From Balanoglossus misakiensis (lineage: Eukaryota; Animalia; Hemichordata): a stretch of 64,000 nt of DNA. The stretch's first letter is position 1, and each line of letters starts with the position of its first letter. The stretch lies in assembly GCA_040954595.2 (NCBI GenBank), contig CM082578.2, positions 153,740 through 217,739 on the forward strand, written 5' to 3'. The position numbers and the translations under genes were made by a program. The notes under the pieces were generated by a model, which ran no database searches, was not told where the DNA came from, and saw nothing but the letters and a program-made list of their open reading frames with translations. Positions 53,101 through 64,000 of this stretch are shown in pieces.

Positions 53101-56100
53101 TCGAAAGTCTTAACATACAATCAACATGTCATATATGATCAGGGCACCAAATTCGAAGAACAAAGGTTTTTTAATTTTTTTTTCTAAAAATGACATTTTC
53201 AAGGAAAATTTGGTAAAACGCAATTTTGTCTGCAGTGAGCCAAATTAGACGGTCTTTTGTGGAATTTGTATCGATATATACATGCGAAGAGCATTCTATA
53301 CTCCATCAGATTTCCGAAAATGTAGAAAACAGGTATTTTTTGTAATTTTCAAAAATTTACCATTTTGACCAAATTGTGGCTACAATTGTTATTTTCGTGT
53401 TGAATGCCGCCAGTGTCACTGCTTTTAAAAGTCATAAAAACTTTTAACATACAAGCAATTGTTTATATATGATCAGGTCACCGAATTAAAAAAATAAAGA
53501 ATGTTTTGCCTAAAAATGACCTTTTTGGTGCAAAAACGAATAAAACGCAATTTTGTATTGAATCAGAATGCATTTTTTATAATCAGCACCATTTTTACAT
53601 ATAATGGAAATTTCATACATCATCAGATATCCAAATATGAAAAAATGATTTAGATTTTAGATGATTGTCCAAAATTAGTTGATATCTAATAAATGTAGTA
53701 TTGAACCATTCTGTCCCCCCCCCCCCTACATTATATGCGGTACGCCGATGTCAGCTTACCCGGCAGTACTGCAGGCCGTGCCCCCAACTAACGTCGGTGT
53801 TTGAAACGCCCTGGTTAATTTCGGGCTTTCTCTATAAATTGACAGGCAATAATGCAGTCCTACCCGAACAAATGTCAAGTGTTGAACCGCTTTGACTTTC
53901 CCTCCTCGGTTTGCCCGACTTAGCCAACGTCTTTGTACTAGAGTGTCGGGTCTTTTGCAGAGCCAGGCCGAAGGAAATCCGACTTGATCACCGTTGCTAA
54001 CGAACGCTAGTGTCTGTCATGGTGTGCCGGGGTTTTAGTCGAGCCAGGCCGTAGGAGATCTGACTTGATCATCGTGGTCAATGTACGCGTGTTTCCGCTC
54101 TAAAGTGCCGGGGCTTCAGCTAAACCAGGCCGTAGGAAATCCGACGTAATCACTGTTGATAACTTACGCCAGTCTGTGTCATATAGAGCCGGTGCACCAG
54201 CCGAGTCACGCCGTAGGAAATCTGACTTGATCAACGTGGTCAATGTACGCCTGTTTCTGCTCTAGAGTGCCGGGGCTTCAGCTGAGCCACGCCGTAGGAA
54301 ACCCGACGTGATTACCGTTGTTAACTTACGCCAGTCTGTGTCCTATATATAGTGCCGGGGCATCAGCCGTGCCAGGCCGAAGGAAATGTGAGTAGATCAA
54401 CGTGGTCTCTGTACGCGTGTTTCTGCTCTAGAGTGCCAGGACTTTAGCCAAGCCATGCCGTAGGAAATCTGACTTGATCAACGTTGCTAACGAACGCTAG
54501 TGTCTGTCAAAGTGTGCCATGGTTTTAGTCGAGCCAAGCCGTAGGAGATCAGACTTGATCGTCTCTGTACGCGTGTTTCTGCTCTAGAGTGCCGGGGCTT
54601 TATCCAAGCCATGCCGTAGAAAATCTGACTTGATCACCGTTGCTAACGTACGCTAGTGTCTGTCATATTGTGACGGTGATTTAGCAGAGCCAGGCCCTAG
54701 AAAAATCGACATGTTCAACGTTACCAGTGTGCAACTGTTTCTGCTCTAGAGTGTCAGGATTTTAGCCGACTTATGCTGTAGGAAATCTGAGTTGATGAAT
54801 GGGAATTCAATGTTAGAAAACCCGTGTGGAAAGTATCTCTACCCGTTTGAAACTAAGAAAAGAATTTATTCTTATTTATTTTGTAAAAAAGACAATTTTT
54901 CGAAAAAAGGTCGAAAATGGTAATTTTGTCTTGGGTGATTCAAATTATACCGCCTTTTCTGGAATTTGCTGCACTTCTTACAAGAGAACGACACTTCATG
55001 CTCCATAATATTTCGGAAAATGAAGAAAAGTTATTTTTTTATGATTTTTTAAAAATTTACCATTTTTGTCAAAATATGGCCAAAATGGCTATTTTTTCTT
55101 GAATTCCGTCAATATATCTGCATTTTTGGAGTGGTCGAAAGTTTTAACATACAATCAACATGTCATATATGATCAGGGCACCAAATTCGAAGAACAAAGG
55201 TTTTTTTATTTTTTTTCTTCTAAAAATGACATTTTCAAGGAAAATTTGGTAAAACGCAATTTTGTCTGCAGTGAGCCAAATTAGACGGTCTTTTGTGGAA
55301 TTTGTATCGATATATACATACGAAGAGCATTCTATACTCCATCAGATTTCCGAAAATGTAGAAAACAGGTATTTTTTTGTAATTTTCAAAAATTTACCAT
55401 TTTGACCAAATTGTGGCTAAAATTGTTATTTTCGTGTTGAATGCCGCCAGTGTCACTGCTTTTAAAAATCATAAAAAATTTTAACATACAAGCAATTGTT
55501 TATATATGATCAGGTCACCGAATTAAAAAAATAAAGAATGTTTTGCCTAAAAATGACCTTTTTGGTGCAAAAACGAATAAAACGCAATTTTGTATTAAAT
55601 CAGAATGCATTTTTTATAATCAGCACCATTTTTACATGTAATGGAAATACATCATCAGATATCCAAATATGAAAAAATGATTTAGATTTTAGATGATTGT
55701 CCAAAATTAGCTGATATCTAATAAATATAGTATTGAACCGTTCTGTCCCCCCCCCTACATTATATGCGGTACGCCGATGTCAGCTTACCCGGCAGTACTG
55801 CAGGCCGTGCCCCCAACTAACGTCGGTGTTTGAAACGCCCTGGTTAAATTCGGGCTTTCTCTATAAATTTACAGGCAATAATGCAGTCCTACCGGAACAA
55901 ATGTCGAGTGTTGACCCGCTTTGACTTTCCCTCTTCGGTTTGCCCGACTTAGCCAACGTCTTTGTACTAGAGTGTCGGGTCTTTTGCAGAGCCAGGCCGA
56001 AGGAAATCCGACTTGATCACCGTTGCTAACGAACGCCAGTCTGTGTCATATAGAGCCGGTGCACCAGCCGAGTCACGCCGTAGGAAATCTGACTTGATCA

Positions 56101-59100
56101 ACGTGGTCAATGTACGCCTGTTTCTGCTCTAGAGTGCCGGGGCTTCAGCTGAGCCAGGCCGTAGGAAACCCGACGTGATTACCGTTGTTAACTTACGCCA
56201 GTCTGTGTCATATATATAGTGCCGGGGCATCAGCCGTGCCAGGCCGAAGGAAATGTGAGTAGATCAACGTGGTCTCTGTACGCGTGTTTCTGCTCTAGAG
56301 TGCCAGGGCTTTAGCCAAGCCATGCCGTAGGAAATCTGACTTGATCAACGTTGCTAACGAACGCTAGTGTCTGTCATAGTGTGCCGGGGTTTTAGTCGAG
56401 CCAAGCCGTAGGAGATCAGACTTGATCATCGTGGTCAATGTACGCGTGTTTCCGCTCTAAAGTGCCGGGGCTTCAGCTAAACCAGGCCGTAGGACATCCG
56501 CCGTAATCACCGTTGATAACTTACGCCAGTCTGTGTCATATAGAGCCGGTGCACCAGCCGAGTCACGCCGTAGGAAATCTGACTTGATCAACGTGGTCAA
56601 TGTACGCCTGTTTCTGCTCTAGAATGCCGGGGCTTCAGCTGAGCCAGGCCGTAGGAAACCCGACGTGATTACCGTTGTTAACTTACGCCAGTCTGTGTCC
56701 TATATATAGTGCCGGGGCATCAGCCGTACCAGGCCGAAGGAAATGTGAGTAGATCAACGTGGTCTCTGTACGCGTGTTTCTGCTCTAGAGTGCCAGGGCT
56801 TTAGCCAAGCCATGCCGTAGGAAATCTGACTTGATCAACGTTGCTAACGAACGCTAGTGTCTGTCATAGTGTGCCGGGGTTTTAGTCGAGCCAAGCCGTA
56901 GGAGATCAGACTTGATCAACGTGGTCTCTGTACGCGTGTTTCTGCTCTAGAGTGCCGGGGCTTTATCCAAGCCATGCCGTAGAAAATCTGACTTGATCAC
57001 CGTTGCTAACGTACGCTAGTGTCTGTCATATTGTGACGGACATTTAGCGGAGCCAGGCCGTAGAAAAATCGACTTGTTCAACGTTACCAGTGTGCAACTG
57101 TTTCTGCTCTAGAGTGTCAGGGTTTTAGCCGACTAATGCTGTAGGAAATCTGAGTTGATGAAGGGGAATTCAATGTTAGAAAACCCGTGTGGAAAGTATC
57201 TCTACCCGTTTGAAACTAAGAAAAGAATTTATTCTTATTTATTTTGTAAAAAAGACAATTTTTCGAAAACATGTCGAAAATGGTAATTTTGTCTTGGGTG
57301 ATTGAAATTATACCGCCTTTTCTGGAATTTGCAGCACTTTTTACAAGAGAACGACACTTCATGCTCCATAATATTTCCGAAAAAATAAGAAAAGAGTTAA
57401 TTTTTTATGATTTTTTAAAAATTTACCATTTTTGTCAAAATATGGCCAAAATGGCTATTTTTTCTTGAATTCCGTCAATATCTCTGCATTTTTGGAGTGG
57501 TCGAAAGTCTTAACATACAATCAACATGTCATATATGATCAGGGCACCAAATTCGAAGAACAAAGGTTTTTTAATTTTTTTTTCTAAAAATGACATTTTC
57601 AAGGAAAATTTGGTAAAACGCAATTTTGTCTGCAGTGAGCCAAATTAGACGGTCTTTTGTGGAATTTGTATCGATATATACATGCGAAGAGCATTCTATA
57701 CTCCATCAGATTTCCGAAAATGTAGAAAACAGGTATTTTTTGTAATTTTCAAAAATTTACCATTTTGACCAAATTGTGGCTACAATTGTTATTTTCGTGT
57801 TGAATGCCGCCAGTGTCACTGCTTTTAAAAGTCATAAAAACTTTTAACATACAAGCAATTGTTTATATATGATCAGGTCACCGAATTAAAAAAATAAAGA
57901 ATGTTTTGCCTAAAAATGACCTTTTTGGTGCAAAAACGAATAAAACGCAATTTTGTATTAAATCAGAATGCATTTTTTATAATCAGCACCATTTTTACAT
58001 GTAATGGAAATTTCATACATCATCAGATATCCAAATATGAAAAAATGATTTAGATTTTAGATGATTGTCCAAAATTAGCTGATATCTAATAAATGTAGTA
58101 TTGAACCGTTCTGTCCCCCCCCCCCCCCCTACATTATATGCGGTACGCCGATGTCAGCTTACCCGGCAGTATTGCAAGCCGTGCCCCCAACTAACGTTGG
58201 TGTTTGAAACGCCCTGGTTAAATTCGGGCTTTCTCTATAAATTGACAGGCAATAATGCAGTCCTACCCGAACAAATGTCAAGTGTTAAACCGCTGTGACT
58301 TTCCCTCTTCGGTTTGCCCGACTTAGCCAACGTCTTTGTACTAGAGTGTCGGGTCTTTTGCAGAGCCAGGCCGAAGGAAATCCGACTTGATCACCGTTGC
58401 TAACGAACGCTAGTGTCTATCATGGTGTGCCGGGGTTTTAGTCGAGCCAGGCCGTAGGAGATCTGACTTGATCATCGTGGTCAATGTACGCGTGTTTCCG
58501 CTCTAAAGTACCGGGGCTTCAGGTAAACCAGGCCGTAGGAAATCTGACGTAATCACCGTTGATAACTTACGCCAGTCTGTGTCATATAGAGCCGGTGCAC
58601 CAGCCGAGTCACGCCGTAGGAAATCTGACTTAATCAACGTGGTCAATGTACGCCTGTTTCTGCTCTAGAGTGCCGGGGCTTCAGCTGAGCCAGGCCGTAG
58701 GAAACCCGACGTTATTACCGTTGTTAACTTACGCCAGTCTGTGTCATATATATATTTTTTATGATATTTTAAAAATTTACCATTTTTGTCAAAATATGGC
58801 CAAAATGGCTATTTTTTCTTGAATTCCGTCAATATATCTGCATTTTTGGAGTGGTCGAAAGTTTTAACATACAATCAACATGTCATATATGATCAGGGCA
58901 CCAAATTCGAAGAACAAAGGTTTTTTTATTTTTTTTCTTCTAAAAATGACATTTTCAAGGAAAATTTGGTAAAACGCAATTTTGTCTGCAGTGAGCCAAA
59001 TTAGACGGTCTTTTGTGGAATTTGTATCGATATATACATACGAAGAGCATTCTATACTCCATCAGATTTCCGAAAATGTAGAAAACAGGTATTTTTTTGT

Positions 59101-62100
59101 AATTTTCAAAAATTTACCATTTTGACCAAATTGTGGCTAAAATTGTTATTTTCGTGTTGAATGCCGCCAGTGTCACTGCTTTTAAAAGTCATAAAAACTT
59201 TTAACATACAAGCAATTGTTTATATATGATCAGGTCACCGAATTAAAAAAATAAAGAATGTTTTGCCTAAAAATGACCTTTTTGGTGCAAAAACGAATAA
59301 AACGCAATTTTGTATTAAATCAGAATGCATTTTTTATAATCAGCACCATTTTTACATGTAATGGAAATTTAATACATCATCAGATATCCAAATATGAAAA
59401 AAATGATTTAGATTTTAGATGATTGTCCAAAATTAGCTGATATCTAATAAATGTAGTATTGAACCGTTCTGTTCCCCCCCTACATTATATGCGGTACGCC
59501 GATGTCAGCTTACCCAGCAGTACTGCAGGCCGTGCCCCCAACTAACGTCGGTGTTTGAAACGCCCTGGTTAAATTCGGGCTTTCTCTATAAATTGACAGG
59601 CAATAATGCAGTCCTACCGGAACAAATGTCGAGTGTTGACCCGCTTTGACTTTCCCTCTTCGGTTTGCCCGACTTACCCAACGTCTTTGTACTAGAGTGT
59701 CGGGTCTTTTGCAGAGCCAGGCCGAAGGAAATCCGACTTGATCACCGTTGCTAACGAACGCTAGTGTCTGTCATGGTGTGCCGGGGTTTTAGTCGAGTCA
59801 CGCCGTAGGAAATCTGACTTGATCAACGTGGTCAATGTACGCCTGTTTCTGCTCTAGAATGCCGGGGCTTCAGCTGAGCCAGGCCGTAGGAAACCCGACG
59901 TGATTACCGTTGTTAACTTACGCCAGTCTGTGTCCTATATATAGTGCCGGGGCATCAGCCGTGCCAGGCCGAAGGAAATGTGAGTAGATCAACGTGGTCT
60001 CTGTACGCGTGTTTCTGCTCTAGAGTGCCTTGGCTTTAGCCAAGCCATGCCGTAGGAAATCTGACTTGATCAACGTTGCTAACGAACGCTAGTGTCTGTC
60101 ATAGTGTGCCGGGGTTTTAGTCGAGCCAAGCCGTAGGAGATCAGACTTGATAAACGTGGTCTCTGTACGCGTGTTTCTGCTCTAGAGTGCCGGGGCTTTA
60201 TCCAAGCCATGCCGTAGAAAATCTGACTTGATCACCGTTGCTAACGTACGCTAGTGTCTGTCATATTGTGACGGACATTTAGCGGAGCCAGGCCGTAGAA
60301 AAATCGACTTGTTCAACGTAACCAGTGTGCAACTGTTTCTGCTCTAGAGTGTCAGGGTTTTAGCCGACTTATGCTGTAGGAAATCTGAGTTGATGAACGG
60401 GAATTCAATGTTAGAAAACCCGTGTGGAAAGTATCTCTACCCGTTTGAAACTAAGAAAAGAATTTATTCTTATTTATTTTGTAAAAAAGACAATTTTTCG
60501 AAAACAAGTCGAAAATGGCAATTTTGTCTTGGGTGATTTAAATTATACCGCCTTTTCTGGAATTTGCAGCACTTTTTACAAGAGAACGACACTTCATGCT
60601 CCATAATATTTCCGAAAAAATAAGAAAAGAGTTAATTTTTTATGATTTTTTAAAAATTTACCATTTTTGTCAAAATATGGCCAAAATGGCTATTTTTTCT
60701 TGAATTCCGTCAATATCTCTGCATTTTTGGAGTGGTCGAAAGTCTTAACATACAATCAACATGTCATATATGATCAGGGCACCAAATTCGAAGAACAAAG
60801 GTTTTTTAATTTTTTTTCCTAAAAATGACATTTTCAAGGAAAATTTGGTAAAACGCAATTTTGTCTGCAGTGAGCCAAATTAGACGGTCTTTTGTGGAAT
60901 TTGTATCGATATATACATGCGAAGAGCATTCTATACTCCATCAGATTTCCGAAAATGTAGAAAACAGGTATTTTTTGTAATTTTCAAAAATTTACCATTT
61001 TGACCAAATTGTGGCTACAATTGTTATTTTCGTGTTGAATGCCGCCAGTGTCACTGCTTTTAAAAGTCATAAAAACTTTTAACATACAAGCAATTGTTTA
61101 TATATGATCAGGTCACCGAATTAAAAAAATAAAGAATGTTTTGCCTAAAAATGACCTTTTTGGTGCAAAAACGAATAAAACGCAATTTTGTATTGAATCA
61201 GAATGCATTTTTTATAATCAGCACCATTTTTACATATAATGGAAATTTCATACATCATCAGATATCCAAATATGAAAAAATTATTTAGATTTTAGATGAT
61301 TGTCCAAAATTAGTTGATATCTAATAAATGTAGTATTGAACCATTCTGTTCCCCCCCCCCTACATTATATGCGGTACGCCGATGTCAGCTTACCCGGCAG
61401 TACTGCAGGCCGTGCCCCCAACTAACGTCGGTGTTTGAAACGCCCTGGTTAATTTCGGGCTTTCTCTATAAATTGACAGGCAATAATGCAGTCCTACCCG
61501 AACAAATGTCAAGTGTTGAACCGCTGTGACTTTCCCTCTTCGGTTTGCCCGACTTAGCCAACGTCTTTGTACTAGAGTGTCGGGTCTTTTGCAGAGCCAG
61601 GCCGAAGGAAATCCGACTTGATCACCGTTGCTAACGAACGCTAGTGTCTGTCATGGTGTGCCGGGATTTTAGTCGAGCCAGGCCGTAGGAGATCTGACTT
61701 GATCATCGTGGTCAATGTACGCGTGTTTCCGCTCTAAAGTGCCGGGGCTTCAGCTAAACCAGGCCGTAGGAAATCCGACGTAATCACTGTTGATAACTTA
61801 CGCCAGTCTGTGTCATATAGAGCCGGTGCACCAGCCGAGTCACGCCGTAGGAAATCTGACTTGATCAACGTGGTCAATGTACGCCTGTTTCTGCTCTAGA
61901 GTGCCGGGGCTTCAGCTGAGCCAGGCCGTAGGAAACCCGACGTGATTACCGTTGTTAACTTACGCCAGTCTGTGTCCTATATATAGTGCCGGGGCATCAG
62001 CCGTGCCAGGCCGAAGGAAATGTGAGTAGATCAACGTGGTCTCTGTACGCGTGTTTCTGCTCTAGAGTGCCAGGACTTTAGCCAAGCCATGCCGTAGGAA

Positions 62101-64000
62101 ATCTGACTTGATCAACGTTGCTAACGAACGCTAGTGTCTGTCAAAGTGTGCCATGGTTTTAGTCGAGCCAAGCCGTAGGAGATCAGACTTGATCGTCTCT
62201 GTACGCGTGTTTCTGCTCTAGAGTGCCGGGGCTTTATCCAAGCCATGCAGTAGAAAATCTGACTTGATCACCGTTGCTAACGTACGCTAGTGTCTGTCAT
62301 ATTGTGACGGTGATTTAGCAGAGCCAGGCCCTAGAAAAATCGATATGTTCAACGTTACCAGTGTGCAACTGTTTCTGCTCTAGAGTGTCAGGGTTTTAGC
62401 CGACTTATGCTGTAGGAAATCTGAGTTGATGAATGGGAATTCAATGTTAGAAAACCCGTGTGGAAAGTATCTCTACCCGTTTGAAACTAAGAAAAGAATT
62501 TATTCTTATTTATTTTGTAAAAAAGACAATTTTTCGAAAAAAAGTCGAAAATGGTAATTTTGTCTTGGGTGATTCAAATTATACCGCCTTTTCTGGAATT
62601 TGCTGCACTTCTTACAAGAGAACGACACTTCATGCTCCATAATATTTCGGAAAATGAAGAAAAGAGTTATTTTTTTATGATTTTTTAAAAATTTACCATT
62701 TTTGTCAAAATATGGCCAAAATGGCTATTTTTTCTTGAATTCCGTCAATATATCTGCATTTTTGGAGTGGTCGAAAGTTTTAACATACAATCAACATGTC
62801 ATATATGATCAGGGCACCAAATTCGAAGAACAAAGGTTTTTTTATTTTTTTTCTTCTAAAAATGACATTTTCAAGGAAAATTTGGTAAAACGCAATTTTG
62901 TCTGCAGTGAGCCAAATTAGACGGTCTTTTGTGGAATTTGTATCGATATATACATACGAAGAGCATTCTATACTCCATCAGATTTCCGAAAATGTAGAAA
63001 ACAGGTATTTTTTTGTAATTTTCAAAAATTTACCATTTTGACCAAATTGTGGCTAAAATTGTTATTTTCGTGTTGAATGCCGCCATTGTCACTGCTTTTA
63101 AAAGTCATAAAAACTTTTAACATACAAGCAATTGTTTATATATGATCAGGTCACCGAATTAAAAAAATAAAGAATGTTTTGCCTAAAAATGACCTTTTTG
63201 GTGCAAAAACGAATAAAACGCAATTTTGTATTAAATCAGAATGCATTTTTTATAATCAGCACCATTTTTACATGTAATGGAAATACATCATCAGATATCC
63301 AAATATGAAAAAATGATTTAGATTTTAGATGATTGTCCAAAATTAGCTGATATCTAATAAATATAGTATTGAACCGTTCTGTCCCCCCCCCCCCTACATT
63401 ATATGCGGTACGCCGATGTCAGCTTACCCGGCAGTACTGCAGGCCGTGTCCCCAACTAAAGTCGGTGTTTGAAACGCCCTGGTTAAATTCGGGCTTTCTC
63501 TATAAATTGACAGGCAATAATGCAGTCCTACCGGAACAAATGTCGAGTGTTGACCCGCTGTGACTTTCCCTCTTCGGTTTGCCCGACTTAGCCAACGTCT
63601 TTGTACTAGAGTGTCGGGTCTTTTGCAGAGCCAGGCCGAAGGAAATCCGACTTGATCACCGTTGCTAACGAACGCTAGTGTCTGTCATGGTGTGCCGGGG
63701 TTTTAGTCGGGCCAGGCCGTAGGAGATCTGACTTGATCATCGTGGTCAATGTACGCGTGTTTCCGCTCTAAAGTGCCGGGGCTTCAGCTAAACCAGGCCG
63801 TAGGACATCCGCCGTAATCACCGTTGATAACTTACGCCAGTCTGTGTCATATAGAGCCGGTGCACCAGCCGAGTCACGCCGTAGGAAATCTGACTTGATC
63901 AACGTGGTCAATGTACGCCTGTTTCTGCTCTAGAATGCCGGGGCTTCAGCTGAGCCAGGCCGTAGGAAACCCGACGTGATTACCGTTGTTAACTTACGCC
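44166..64000. repeat. Macrosatellite, right segment (about 10 units) with 2-unit/4-unit higher-order structure from about 50.7 kb
   Basis: The unit marker recurs near 44800, 46607, 48657, 50709, 52755, 54792, 57155, 60390 and 62426. Poly-C tracts lie near 45773, 47574, 49627, 51672, 53715, 55747, 58114, 59474, 61350 and 63383. Confidence 0.98.

Noticed and set aside
91-63563. Dozens of recurring 60-160 aa ORFs (MMNGNSML..., MESISTRL..., MSKYGQNG...)
   Set aside because: They mostly have TTG/GTG starts, shift frame with homopolymer length from unit to unit, and show no domain motifs. They are translations of the satellite.

Overview
This is animal-type repetitive DNA with no recognisable host gene, rRNA, tRNA or CRISPR array. 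About 52 kb is a tandem macrosatellite of roughly 26 head-to-tail units (about 2.05 kb, range 1.4-2.4 kb). Each unit has an AT-rich block built from degenerate ~165-bp/~330-bp subrepeats, a variable poly-C tract, a ~200-bp linker, and a GC/CpG-rich block of ~11 alternating 81-bp monomers (162-bp dimer). Four transposable elements of different classes lie in the array, and each has a target-site duplication (TSD) that can be read exactly. (1) A 187-bp 5'-truncated L2/CR1-group LINE tail at 18000-18186. (2) A 4.8-kb non-autonomous EnSpm/CACTA-like DNA transposon at 29796-34586, with an internal 70-bp minisatellite. (3) An apparently full-length L1/Tx1-clade LINE at 37366-44165, inserted in the 81-bp monomer. 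(4) A 1.76-kb MULE-like element with terminal inverted repeats (TIRs) at 38394-40157, nested inside that LINE's ORF1. Variant patterns show recent local duplications and an emerging 2-unit/4-unit higher-order repeat at 50.7-64 kb. Nearly all short ORFs in the track are artefacts of the satellite.
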